A stretch of 45,397 nt of DNA, the filler included, from Jimgerdemannia flammicorona (taxonomy: Eukaryota): the NCBI GenBank assembly GCA_003990765.1. It is 2 parts of 2 records of this genome, joined end to end, with 100 filler letters (N's around TTAATTAATTAA, not from the genome) between each part and the next. Parts side by side here need not be neighbours in the genome. Positions count along the whole stretch, not along the records: positions 1 to 22,656 come from RBNJ01001234.1; 1 more part is not named here. One strand, given 5' to 3'. Both the position numbers and the translations under genes were made by a program. Positions 1-13,399 of the stretch are shown here, one piece after another. The notes under the pieces were generated by a model. The model was not told where the DNA came from. It saw only the letters and a list, made by a program, of their open reading frames with translations, and made no database searches. Every line of letters starts with the position of its first letter. The first letter of the stretch is position 1.

Positions 1-99
1 TTTTTTTATAGTTACTTAAACTTTGCCATTTATTACCAATCTATTACATAAAATTACATTATCCCCTCCTACTACCCAATACCCCTAGGGAGCCCCCCT

Positions 100-3000
100 C
101 TCTTCTATATTCTCATACTTAAAAACCACCTTACCACTCACTACTCCAACTTTCCCCTCACTCTGCCCACAAATTTTCTCTACCAAACAGCTTCACTGAC
201 CTCTCTGGAGACCCCATCCCAGCCACCAGCCTGTCAAGATATCCTCCATCAACCCTTCTCACCTTACCAACTACTCCCCCAAACTCAGATGCTTTTCTTC
301 CTCAAAAACAAATATCCAGTGATCTGCCAGTCCCACCCATACTGCCAATACTCAACCCAAAGTCAGCCACTTCTTCCCCACCACCCCCACTAATCTATTC
401 TGCAGATCCTCCTATCAACCCTACTCTCCATCTCCCCTACACACAGCACTCAATCTATTCCCTACTGCTAACCAGAAATCACCAAGTATCTTGTACTCCC
501 CCAGCCAATGTTCTGATATCTACACAAACCCCCCTTTCTGTCCTACATTGTAGCACTTCTCACAGTCAAAGGTACTCCCCTCTACAAGGTGGCTCAAGTG
601 AAAGTTGAACATAATATTCCTCCACAGCATGTACCACCAAACCACCCAGTACTAGGGTGGCAACTATTATCTTACTCTACACTCTAGGCCCAGATTCCAT
701 TCCAGTTCCACTTCTCTCCAATTTCTACCATCTGTCAGCTACTAGGTCACACATTCTGTCCCATCTCCCTCTGGTACTCTACTCTAACACCAATATCAAA
801 GTCTATAAGGGGAACACCCCCCAGTAATATCTGATCTCATCTCCATATTACTGGGCCCCAAGGCACCTCTCCTTTATCCTCCTGCTAGCAAATTCCAATA
901 TGGTGAGCCCTGTCCAATACTCCTCACCAGAAACCCTTAAATCTCATATGCTCACTATTTGGAAGCCCAACCAAGGATAGTAAATCCCTGGTAGTTCCTC
1001 TCAGTGAGTACCTTATCTTTCAGACCTTCTTCATCAGAAGAATCCAGCTACCACCCCTCAGTTCTACCACTCTCCTCAACTACCATGCTCTCAAACAATG
1101 CAACCTCTTCAGAAAGTCAACCAGCCCAAGGCCTCTTCTAGCCACTGGCAATAACAAGATTTCCCAGCTAATTTGACTCCTCTGCCTAGTCTAGATACAA
1201 TCTTTGGCAGGCTTCAATAGCCTCTTCATCACCCAGGTCAAAAAGTCCAGATGATATACCAAATACCATATCTTTAATAGCCAGTAGACATTCAAAATTG
1301 TAATGCACTCTGCTAAAGAAAAGTGGTGGCCTCTCCAATCTTACAGAACCTCCCTCCAGATAGCCACTCATCACTCCCACTAAGATTGTAGCAGAACTGA
1401 CCCATATACAGAGAGATAGATGTCTAAGTATCTCACAGCCTTCCCAGCAGAGACAATTGTTCCAATGACATCCCCTCACACCAGGCTGTTATCTAACACC
1501 ATTGTTTCATACTTATACCAGTTAAGTTTAGCCCTAGAGTGTGCCTCATATCACTCTACTATTTTTCAGAGTTCTCCAATAATAGCAATTAACCCCAGAC
1601 CAATCACCATATCACTGGTAAAGGCTCCAACTTTCCACACAATGCCGAATATGAAGAGCCCTACAATTCTCTGCCTAATCCTATCCATCAATAACTCCAA
1701 GAACAGAGCATATAAAATAGGAGACAGTGGGTCCCCCTGGGGAATGCCCCTCTCTAGAGGGAATGTCATCCCTCTATATCTATTATATATGAGCATCACT
1801 CTACTCTCTTCCAGTAGGCTGATCATTGCTACTCAGAACTGCTGAGGGATACCAATCTTGTCCAGAACCTTTACCCACCAGACTCATCATACACAGTCAT
1901 ATGCTTTCTCCTGATCCAAGAAGACCAATCTCCCATCCAGTCCATAGGCTCAAGTCTCTTCAATAATACCATATTCTCTGGTTGTGCCATCTCTAATGAG
2001 CCAGCCCCCTACAAAACCTTACTGTTCCTCATCCAAGACTTGCTGAGTCACCTTCTGCAACTGCACCACCACCATCTTAGTGATGAACTTCCTGTCCATA
2101 TCCAGTAGCATGATGGGCCACCAGTTCCTCCAGTCCTCCCTCCTATTCTTGTCCTTAAAGAGCAGAGCCACTAGCCCCAGATCCTGCTCCCCCACCTATC
2201 TTCTGGACTGTAGTACTAAGTTACAAAGTGTCATCACTCCAGGGACATCTACCATCTTCTTCCAAAAGTCCCAGGGTAGACCATCCTCTCCTGGTACTGT
2301 GTCCAGTGTAGTCATGACAAGAACCTGGCAAATTTCCTCCTTCTGAACCAGCACTATCAAACCATCCAGCCCCTCTACCTGTGGTGGGTGCTATTTCTCC
2401 AAAGTGTGTTCTATGGTAGCAACATCAGCCCCACCCTCCTCCTCACTCTACAAACCACTCCACCTCTCCTTCAATGAGCCCAGAATATCTTGTGAACCAT
2501 ACACCAGCAGACCACTAGAGTCAAGAACCCCTTTCCATCTCTGCTTCACTCTCCTCACCCGAAGGGTCCTTGAAAGGTACCTAGAGGACCTCTCCCCCTC
2601 CTTCAACCCCTGCCAGTATAGTCATGCAGCCAAACCCTGCACTCTCAACTCCTCCTCCTCCCTTAATACCTATTGTAACTCCACAACCTCCAGCCTCACC
2701 CATATAACCCTCCAGTCCTCCACCCCCTCCAGCCTCACCCACATCACCCTCCAGTCCTCTACCCCCTCCAGGGCCAAGAGTCCAGCCCAGTCTTCCAAAA
2801 GCCCAGTCAATCTATCAGAAGCCCAGGTTACCCTCCTCCTCCTCTGCCTTCCTGTCTCCTTGCTAGCTTCACTTCTGTAAACCCTAGTAGCCTCCTTCAA
2901 CCTCACCCACCAGATACCAACCACAGCCACCTTCAGTACCCAGCCCTCCATTCTCTGCCAAATATCCTCTGCCCACTTCCCAAAACTCTTCTTAGCCAAC

Positions 3001-3755
3001 AAAGAGGAATTGAGGCACCAATGTCCAGGCCCATCTCTACTTCCCCTGAAGTGTTCCTGTCCCAACAGTCTCCAGTGATCAGACCATAGACACCACTCAA
3101 CCTCCAGCAACTTTCAAACATCTAAGCCACAGCAGTCTGCCATTAGCATCCAGTCAATCCTCATACCCAAACCATTTTCCCAGTGCATATAAACCCTCTA
3201 ATCACCCCAGAACCCCCTACCAGCATCCACCAGAGAACTCAACCTCTCCACTTTCTCCCACATCTCCAACCCCCCACTCCTGCCCTCAGTCTCCCATCTG
3301 CCATCAGTCCTAACCACTAATGCCTCTCAGACCATATTAAAGTCCCCTCCAAGAATGTCCACTCCAGCCCCCATGAGAGTCCTACTCTCCAGGAGTCTCT
3401 TCACCCAATCTACTCTCTCACCATATACAGCAGGGCAGTAGAAGGACTCCACTATAACCAGCTTCCGACCTGGTCAAATCCACTCTCCCCAGACCAGTCT
3501 GTCTCCACAGCTCCTCATATCTTGTATCTCCCCTCTGCCTCTCCATACCAGGATCCCAACCTTACTCTTCCAAACTACTACACCTCCTTATTCTATCATC
3601 CATTTTAGTCTATCCAAGTTGTCTTCACATCTAACATCCTGCAGAAGAAAGAGATCAGCCTCCAGGCTCTTCAACCTAGTAAAAATGTTCTGACATCTAA
3701 CTAAACTCTGCAGCCCATTTACATTCAAAGAAAAAATATTTATTATACTATTCAT
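100..3755 (-). pseudogene. LINE ORF2 remnant: APE endonuclease, reverse transcriptase, C-terminal Cys-rich domain
   Basis: Starts MNSIINIFSLNVNGL (APE N-terminus). Contains WSDH (APE) and GIPQGDPLSPILYALFLE...AFTSDMV (RT, decayed FADD). Many in-frame stops; 3' boundary approximate. Confidence 0.9.
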
Positions 3756-3789
3756 AAGAAATAAGATTAAGAGTCATACTTGCTCTCTA

Positions 3790-5790
3790 CAACTCCACAT
3801 CTATCCCTTCCTATACCAAGTCCAAGTTGTGTTCCATAGCCTCCTCCACCTCTTCAACTCTCCTTATCTCCAATCTGACCAGAAGTTCAGTTAGTTCCCC
3901 ATTCTCCTTTTCCTCAAAATCCTTACAATACTCCAGGCAGGTCTCCTGCCAGAGCTGCAATTCATGATACTCTGCCCAGCAGAAGGTGGCCTGCTCACCA
4001 GCAGCAACTGCCAGCTCAGCCTCCCTCTCCTTATCAACCTCATACCCTTCCTTCTCCCGGAAAACTACAAGTACCTCTGCCTTCAGTGCTTCCACCACTC
4101 TGTCACTATGCAGGATCTGTGCCCAATGCTCATCACTCATCACTCTTAGGTCCACTTCTCCCAACTATTTAGCCACAAAGTTGTTCATCATCTGGTACAT
4201 CCATAGTAGGTTTCTCACCTTCTTCCCCCCAGGAGTCACTGGCCTTCCTCTACCCAGCATTGAAATATCTTTCTCTACACTCACTGTCTCATCCCACTCC
4301 TCCTCTGGGATATCTACCAGTTTCTCTTTATCAGCTGCCACCATCTGTCCCCCCTTCTCCACCTCAGGTACTCCAAAGTGCACTCTCTGAGTATTATATA
4401 TTGACACATCCTCTGCTGCTCAGCCTCTTGCAGCTGGTCTCTGCCTAATAAGAGGAGGAGGAGTATTCTCCCAGACTTCAAATATACCATCCTCATATGA
4501 GTCCTTGCTTGGTATCTTTCTGGCCTCCTCCAGACCCACCTCCACATTCTCTCTACTTCCACTGGTCCAGATACTCACTTTGGCTCCTCCAGTATCCTCA
4601 CTACCACTAGCAGCCCTCTTTACCTCTCCCTCTAGTTTATCTAGCAACTCCCTCTACCTCTTGCATTCTTGGGACCTCTCCCACAGCTCCTTATCAATAC
4701 AGACATGCTTCCCATCAATAATCTCCAAATGTATCAACTCTATATACATCTTCCAAGCCTTTGCCCTCTACTCCACTATGCTACTCAGTTCCTCTAGTAC
4801 CTCTAACAGGTCCTCTTCCTCCTCCTCACTCCTCTTCACCCTCATCACCTTTTACATGAAGGCTCTCCACACCATCACTAAAGGCTAATCATGAGCCTTC
4901 CCAGTAGCCTCTCTCCCTGCCAATCAAATCTAGACATCAACATTCTCTGTCCAGAAGGAGGTCCCTTCCTACACCCTGAACCCTACATCAACCACCTCTC
5001 CATACTTGGTCATGACTTCCTCAACTCTTCTCCTTGTCTCCACAGTAGTCACTACAGGAACCCCTATCACCAAGAGCTGCACCACCCTAGGATCCTACCT
5101 CAAGCAGTATGCCATCAGGACATACATCTTCCTAACCATCAACTAGCCTTCAGCATATCCTCCAATGACCCAGTCTCCTCATAGCCCACCTCCACCCCTT
5201 CCAGATCCCTCAGAAACTTAACAGATACCACATCATCCATCTGCTTTGTGATCAGCCCCAGGACCATTTTTGCCATCACTGCTAAGCCCTGGAAGTACAA
5301 GGTGACTATAAACTCCAAGATTGACTTCTTGAGTAATGGGGCCACTATCAGACCCATTACACCATCAGCCAGATCACTAGGCCTTGTGCTCTTCCTATAA
5401 CTCAGTTTACCATCAGCAGTCCCATCTAGATTTTTTTCCAGATTGCTCATCATACCCCCATCAGTAGTTACCCCCTCAGCTGCTACACTGCCAGCCCCAC
5501 TACCCTGGCCTCTCAGAGGGACTCTCTCCTGTAACTGCTACCCTGCATTCTTCACTGTCTTCTTGCCAGTCCTCCAGTCCAGTTGCTGGCTGTCTCTCCT
5601 TCATCTTATCTGCAAAGCTCACCCTCTCAATCCTCTGTTCTCTAATACTACTTCCTCCCCTTCTATGTCCTCCCACCAGCAAGCCTCTCATGCTTCCCCC
5701 CAAGCCTGAGCCCCTCTCCACAAGTTACCAGTCAAATACACTTGAGTCCCCCTGCCCAATATATATCTCAGAACACTCATCACTCACTAT
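3790..5790 (-). pseudogene. LINE ORF1 remnant
   Basis: Fragments (GEVDLRVMSDEHWAQIL, PEVEKGGQ, RVSFADKMK) match ORF1 of copy 2. The start ATG has decayed to ATA at 5790. Confidence 0.8.
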
Positions 5791-6949
5791 ATTACTAGTA
5801 TCTTTTCTTCAAAAACTGTGTTGTATATATTGTCAGAAGGTTGTGTAACCTGAATGTTATCAGAGAGAGCAAGTCAAGCCTCTGAGACAGAATGGCTAGG
5901 ATATGGAGATATACTTACTACTACTGAGGATGAAAGTGAAGCAAATTTTCTACAAAAACTAAGAAGTAATTTTGATATTTCGAGAGACTCTAAAAGTAGC
6001 CAAGAAGATCTTTTCATTAGAGTAATCAATACTGAAAGCCTGGAAGACAGCATTGATTGGACTATTAGTAATGAAGTAGTATACAAATTTGCAGAACTAT
6101 CTATATAACCACATCTACCTCTGAAGGAAAACTGAATTATACAAGCCTTCTGCCTATACATATGTGAACACTATAACTGTTTTCACTCACCAAGAGATGA
6201 CTGTAGGAACTGCTGAATTCTTGATCTTAAAAAGGTTTCGATACCAGCAATTGAAGATAAGAATGAGTTAAAATGAGCTCTAGTCCTTATATGAATACAA
6301 CTACCTACCTCTAAAGTTTTTAAGAAAACCTATAAGAAGAATAGGAGATCATCTCTTATCAACCTTTGGAGATCCTCACAATCAAAGGCAATAACAACAG
6401 CACCTATACTATTATCTAAGCTCTCCAGGACACTCTATTTATTTATGACAAATATCAAAAGAAGTACTTAATAAGTAAGAAAATCAAACAGCAGAATGAG
6501 GAATTTATCAAGCAAGAACACTATAATTGTGGAAAGATCTTTACCTGCTATTAGTGTAAGTATTGAAATATCCATCTCAGTGAAGATATCTACAGAGCTG
6601 AGTTAAGAGAAAAAATTCTACCTTATAGGAACCTCAAATTTGCTGGGCCTGTTGAAAATGCAAATAGATCAATCATGAAGAAACCTATAAAGCCAAGAAC
6701 AAGACCTTCATCTGGGATCTGCCATTAGAAATTCTTACTATTATCTATTAGTATTACCAATTATACTAAGGAAAACAAGGAGTTAACCTTCATAGAAGCC
6801 TTAGATCTACTTAGAAGAACTGGATTCAACTATACAAGGAATCCAAAGACTGGAGTACAATAGCCATTCTTTAAGTCAGAATATATGGAGTTCTCTCCTA
6901 TAGTAGCAACTACTGAGACATCATTCCTCAAGACTCAGCCTATTATCTA

Positions 6950-7340
6950 AGTCAAACTACTATCACCTTGGATATAACTCTCTCTTATATAAACAGAAGA
7001 ATTAGTAGAATATGATCTCTGTCTAACCTATCAGGCAATGCTCTATCCCAGGACTATCAGGACCTTTGATCTTTAAATTGCACTTACTATACTACCTGGA
7101 TATTATAGACAACTGGGAAAGATCACCTAAGAAATCACAGTAGAAGGAGAAATCATTGATCAGGATTATCAAGGTCCTCTGAAGATCATTATTTTTAACA
7201 ACAGTAGAACTACTGAACCTTTAATCTCTTGGAAGCCATCTGTCAAATTCTATTTATTAAGACATCACAACCTACTATTCAAAAGGTAAATTAACTGGAC
7301 AGTACTAAGAGAGGACAAGAAGAGTTTAGAAGTACCAATA
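6950..7340 (+). pseudogene. dUTPase domain in the gypsy pol region
   Basis: Manual translation gives YDL..., IALTILPGYYRQL, ITVEGEIIDQDYQGPLKIIIFN (motif III, G.ID.DY.G) and LDSTKRGQEEFRST (motif V RG.GGFGST with G>A decay). Confidence 0.85.
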
Positions 7341-7849
7341 GAACTTTATAACTATTACTTACTAAAGTCTACTTAACAATAGTAGCTCAGTTCTGCCAAA
7401 TGAAACTATACATCTGTCACTCTATCTGAGTAAGAGAAGATATCCTCCTTCAACCATATCAATTAAGAAGTCTTAATATATACTTATCTATGAATACCAA
7501 TAACCTGATATTTAAACCATTAAGAAAAGTATCACTTTCTCCTAGCTGACGAATATATCCATGACCAGATGTCATCAATCAATATTTCTTTTTAAAACCT
7601 ATTCTTCAAAGTAGTAACAATCCTCAAAGGAACAATATTGAGATATTTCAAATTACTGATAGATATCTATAAAGAAGAAGTTTTGAATTTTTGAGAAATA
7701 GTAAGCCCTCTCTGGTGAGACTATAGTATCATAGAGAAAGATTCAGTAATCAAAGCTGTTGACATTGAGACAACTCTAATTGAGGATTAGCAATAATAGA
7801 TATAGAGGTTAATAGAAGAATACAAAGATATATTTACCACTACATATAA

Positions 7850-10400
7850 TAACTTTCTACTATATTAATATACAGAATATGAAATATATATAGAAGATAC
7901 CAAACCAATCTGATAATACTTCTATCAAACACCATATCACCTGATTGAGTTTGAACAACAACATATAGATGAGATACTACAAAATAAAGTTATCAGACCC
8001 TCATCAAGCCCCCTGAGCTTTACTAGCAATTATAGTACTGAAGAAAGAAGGATGGAGACTAGTTATAGACTTCAGAAAACTTAACAAGATCACTACAGAA
8101 GATGCCTACCCACTACTAAGAATTGATGACATTCTCAATACTCTTAGAAAAGCTAAGTATATGACCACTACTTACCAGTTTCAAGGATTCTTAGTAATAA
8201 TCATTACAAAGAATAATATCTGTAAGACTGTCTTCATCATCAGACCAAGATAATATAAATACCTCCAAATATCATTTGGACTATACAATGTACCAGCCTC
8301 ATTCTAGTAAATGATAAACTATATCTACCAAGATCTCATTGAGAGAAATGTGCTAGTATATATAGATAATATAATTATCTATACCAAAACATTTAAATAA
8401 TACTTATAAGACCTCCCCATCTGAGACTTGGGACACAGACTCAATGTTAAGAAGTACTTCTTTGAAAAACATCAAGTTAAATATCTAGGATATATAGTTT
8501 CAGTCTAAAGACCCCATGCTGACCCATGCAAGGTAGAGAAAGTCAAGAATTATTAAACCCCTACCTCTGCAAGGAAGTTTATATTTTCTTATATTAGTAT
8601 CTTACTACCAGCAGTTCATCCTAAGATTTTCAGACAAGGCAGCTTCACTATATAATATCTTCAAGAAAGACCAACTATTCTACTGAAAGGAAGAACAGCA
8701 GAAGTTATTTGACCTACTCAAGAAGGCCCTCACTAAAGTTCCTATTTTAGTATAACCAGATTTTTGTAAATCATTTATCTTGGTAACCAATGCCTCTGCC
8801 CTTAGACTTGGATCAATTTTATCTCAGCTAGATGACCAAAAGAAAGAATATATTATTGAGTATACTAGTAAGGCCACTAATGAGACACAAGCAAACTATA
8901 GAGCTATTAAGCTAAAATGTCTTGCAGTAGTATGGGCTGTAGATTACTTCAGATACTATCTTTTGGGAAAAAGATTTGTCCTTATTACTGAATACCAAAC
9001 TTTATAATAGTTGTTCAACAAACTGGAGCTCTCAGGAATCTTTGCCAGATATATTATATCTCTGCAAGAATATCAGTTTATCATTGTCTATAAGAAAGAT
9101 ATTAAGAATTTCAATATTGATACTCCATCAAGAATCTCATGAACTTAACAAGAAAAAATAGAGCTCTTATGAGAGAAGGTTGCTTCTCACTTATCCAAAT
9201 AAATCAAAAACTATGCCTTGCCCTCACCTAGAGCCTATACTATAGAAGCTTTAAAAAGAGAATTTAGTTTGCTCACAAGCTGTTAATTCAAAGAAATTTC
9301 TAGAAATTTCAAGAAGGTAATGTTAAACTTTGGAGAATAGAAGGAGATCAATATACCTGAGTTCCATAAGAAGATGAATACAGAAAATACTTATCACTAA
9401 CTATGTCAGAATATACATCAAGGAATTGAAGTTACTATTATAAGAATCAAGAAGAGATATTAGTGACCAAAAATGAGAAAATAAATTTCAACACACATTC
9501 AACAATATAATATCTATCAAAGATATCAATAAAAGCCAACTGATAAAGTACTACTAATACCAATCACAGTACTGGCTGGAGCATTTCAAAGACTAAGAAT
9601 AGATATTGTTAGCTCTCTACTAGTAACTAGCTAGATGAGATACTATATTCTCACTATTGAAGATTATCTAACAAAATAGCCAGAAGTCTTTACCATTGAG
9701 ACCACTAATACTCAGACAATCATTGAAATCTTATATGATGAAATTTTCAGCTACCATAGTGCCCCTAAGGAAATCATTACAGACCAAGACTGAGAATTTG
9801 TCAACAAAGCTATAAAGATCTTTACAACCAACTTTAAGATCAAACTTCATCCAATACCACCCAATCACCTACAAGTAAAATGAACTTACTGAATGAATGA
9901 ACAAGACCATCAAGTGAGAACTCAGTAAGACTAGAGATCAATTGAATTAGAATATATAACTTTCAGCAATCCTATTTAGTATCTGTACTTCAAAAGCAAC
10001 TGCTATCCAATAGACCCCTTTCTATTTGGTATATGGCTGAGAAGTACAAGACTCCACTAAACTAATCTAGCTAGATTTGGTAAAATATATCACTGAAGAG
10101 ATCACCTGATTATATGAATAAGTATGAGGTTTTATTATCAAAGCACAAGAGTGACAAACGAAGTACTATAACTGTAAAGTAGATCTTGAACCCCTGCTTA
10201 TTGGACAATAAGTCTTAGTATACTATACTATTATAGAAGGAAACTAGAGTACTAAACTTGAACTGAAATTGGAAGGACTCTATCTCATCTTTCAAAAGTT
10301 TACAAACTATACTTATCAACTCAAGACCCTAGATAGAGTTATACTCAAGACTAAGATATACTACCACTACATAAGACCTTATTACTCAGTGGAAGCAAAA
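7850..10400 (+). pseudogene. Gypsy pol remnant: RT, RNase H, integrase
   Basis: RT: IRPSSSP, RLVIDFRKLNKIT.DAYPLLRIDDIL, FGLYNVPASF, VYIDN (YIDD decayed, ~8357). RNase H: LVTNASALRLGSILSQ...KCLAVVWAVDYFRYYLLGKRF. Integrase: DYLTK*PEVF, PKEIITDQ, and a GPY/F-like LEGLY. Confidence 0.93.
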
Positions 10401-10489
10401 TATATTAGAATAACTCCATTCACTCTATCTGTATCATCTCTATTAGAGAAAGACAGATACTTTATATAGAACTCAAAAAAGCCAACAAT

Positions 10490-11860
10490 GTTAAAACTAA
10501 TCTCAAGTTCATCTATATAATAGATATTGCTATAAAAAATTGCCCCAGATTATAGAAAAATCCATTTTCAAGAGATTTGAACTCTCAGCCATAACAATGA
10601 GAGCCCTTGCTCTAGTCAAGAATGGTCAGTTCTTACAAATATATCAAGAGTTCAAAAAAAAAAGAGAACCAAGACCTACTATTCCTGTATAACCACAACT
10701 ACAGAAGATAGCTCTAATTTTTGCAAGAGACAGATATGATGATATCTTCAAAATCAGAAATATTAGAATTCAGAAGACTGTCTTGACTTCACAAGCCACT
10801 AGTTATAAATTGTAACTCAACTATGACTCATCTTGATTATAAGATAATCTACATCTGAACTTATAATGACTTATAATAACTTTAGTAGTATACTACTACT
10901 AGTTAGATGATCCTACTCTCTGGACTAAAGGAGAAGACCTTTAAGATATAAAAGAAACATTAAGAGAAAAAATATAAAGTATCAACTATAAATAGAAGAC
11001 TTACTATAAAACAAAATACCTGCCATCTACCAAACAGCCAGATCAAGGAGCCACCCAGGTCCATTAGTTTAAGAATAGATATTCACTGATATCAAGAGGG
11101 CAATGAGGCTGTATATAAGAAGGACCTCTAGTCTGAACCTCTATATAAGGGACTCCTACCACTATACTCTCAACTGCAGGGAAATGGATACAAAAATTAC
11201 CACTACTGTAGATTATCTTTTGATATAGTAAGAATATGAGCTAGAACACTACCTCTATTAAGAATTCATATAAGCCAGCTCTTAAGAAATTTTAAATACT
11301 ACTTATATAGATAGACATGAATGGAAACAGACTAAAAGAGTTTATCAGATCTTCAGATATACATATATTCTGAGTTATTCTCAATCTAGAATATTTCAAA
11401 GTCTCTGACATCTAAGTATTGATAAGTCACTATGCAGACCACCTCAAGGAATTAGTTGCAGAAGAGACCCAATCTACTATTATAGTCAAGAGTAATGAGA
11501 TTCAAGACCTTTGGAACTCTATTCTAGAGAACAATCTGGACCAATTTATTTATGGTCTAATTGTACTATTTCAAGACCCTCTCTTGAGAGTCTACTATCT
11601 CTAGAATTTGACAGATGTTTTCCACTTTATAGATAATCTCACCATTGATAAGAGACCTCAAAAGCAGAATGACCTTACACTCTTTGATGATATCACCCCC
11701 TTAGATAACTTGGAGAATAATGGTAATCCACTTATTTTATTAGAAAATAATATCAACAACTTTCTTTTCTCATTTCCAGACCACTCTCACTAATTTCAGC
11801 ATGACTGTGGGGGATCCAGAAAATGATTTGGTTAGACTCTCTGAAGAAAATGAGAAGGAG
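10490..11860 (+). pseudogene. Extra ORF of unknown function between integrase and LTR (copy A)
   Basis: Translation ILNLEYFKVSDI*VLISHYADHLKELVAEETQSTIIVKSNEIQDLWNSILENNLDQFIYGLIVLFQDP aligns without gaps to 13980-14185. Boundaries approximate. Confidence 0.65.
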
Positions 11861-11879
11861 AATAAAGATGACATAATTT

Positions 11880-12929
11880 CAGTTATATTGAATTTTAAGA
11901 TATCTGAGGATAGCTCTATTAGTCAAATTGAGTAAGTTAGTTAGTTGTACAAACAGTGACTCTATATTAACTAGCAAAATTTATCACAAATATAAAATTA
12001 GTCTTATCTAATTAGTTAGTCATCTGAATTCCAAAATTATACTAAATTATCTAGCATTATTCTTAGCCTGAAAACTGTATAAATACCCCCTAATCCATAG
12101 TGAATAAATCTCAGTTAGTTCAAGTTTGAAGTAAAAAAGATTATGGAGAAATCTACTGCCTCCAAGAGAACAAATGATTCTAGAGACAAAATATCTACCT
12201 GGAGTATAAAGCTTAGAGATTGAGAAGATGAATCACTCTTGCTACATACTATATAAAATTTAAGATATAAGTCAGCTTAAGTTTGAAGTAAAAGAATTAT
12301 AGAGAAATCCACTACCTCTAAGAGATAGGATAATTCTAAGAAATAAGATAACTAGAGCAATAATTGCTTGAGATTTGAGGTGAAGAATTTCTCTTACTAT
12401 ATAAAATTCTCACAGAATTTAAGATCACTATTAGAAAGAACCACCATTAAGATACATACATAAGACCCAGAAAATATCAGAACATTGCCAGGAAACATAG
12501 AGAACCCAGAAAATAATCATCAGGAAACTTAAGAATAATATATGAATGAGTCAATTAATATAAGTCAGATAAGAAAACATCACTACAAAATCCGATACAA
12601 GAACCCAGAACTCAAGATATAAGTCAGTTAGTTAATGACTACTATAAACCTTAGAAATTAGATATAAGACTTAAGGATATATCAGACTACTAATAAATAT
12701 AGAGAATACAAATAATTACCAGAAATCACATGAATATTCTTCAACTGTTTCACCATTCTGAACAATTAGTCATATGATCAATGACTTGAGATATATGAAC
12801 TCTAATGTGATGCAAACTTAATTGTGATATGAACTTTAGTCAATAAATTGAACAATAGTTAAAATAGACATTGGGCCTGAAATATAGTTGGAAATAAATA
12901 AGAGATAGTATATGGTTATTTAGTAGCAC
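11880..12929 (+). repeat. Probable 3' LTR of gypsy element 1
   Basis: TGTATAAATACCCC TATA box (~12076) followed ~25 nt later by GTGAATAAATCTCAG, the same arrangement as the other LTRs here. Internal ~155-nt tandem duplication (12110-12410). Termini are not crisp. Confidence 0.6.
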
Positions 12930-13399
12930 ATTGAGCTGTATATATTAGCAAACTAATCTATATAAATCATATGCTATATTGTATATTTTTTTAGATAATA
13001 TTATTAGTATTATATATACTAATTCTCTAGTTAAATCTTTGAAGCAAAATATAGCCTTCTCAAGTAGAATTCTAGGAGTATATCTGAAGCCAAGATGGAA
13101 TATCTTGAATGTAAATGATTCAATCTTACTGACTTATATGTATTTTTCATTTTTTAGCAAATAATATTGAAGTTGATATTGTATTATATATAATAGTGAG
13201 AATCTCTAAACTAAAGTCTCCTATACTGATACAGACTTTTTTCATTAAATTCTATCTCAATATTAAAATAGAAGAGAACTCTCATATTATCAAATTGACT
13301 AATATTACTAAAAGTATATATACTAAACAAATCACAACCTCAATAATACTTCTTGGAACAGCTTTATATTATAATAGTGACCTCAGAATAATGATATCA

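Larger units (their letters stand above)
1..5855 (-). mobile_element. Full-length decayed L1/Tx1-like non-LTR retrotransposon (LINE copy 1)
   Basis: Poly(A) tail appears as T-run at position 1 after the family 3' end (...AAGTAACTATA-An). The 5' end ATTCAGGTTACACAA at 5855-5841 matches copy 2 (37684). ORF1 and ORF2 remnants are colinear with copy 2. Confidence 0.93.
5856..12929 (+). mobile_element. Decayed Ty3/gypsy LTR retrotransposon, 3' part (Cys/His-rich spacer, dUTPase, RT, RNase H, integrase, extra ORF, LTR)
   Basis: Domain order is RT-RH-IN. The 5' part is cut off by the LINE insertion. Right boundary approximate. Confidence 0.88.

Noticed and set aside
1420..5709. Plus-strand Ser/Pro/Leu-rich ORFs (also 32410-37677)
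   Set aside because: Antisense shadows of the purine-rich LINE coding strand.
12930..13170. Possible minus-strand RT-like fragment (FTFKIFHLGFRYTPRI)
   Set aside because: Too decayed and short to support a call by eye.
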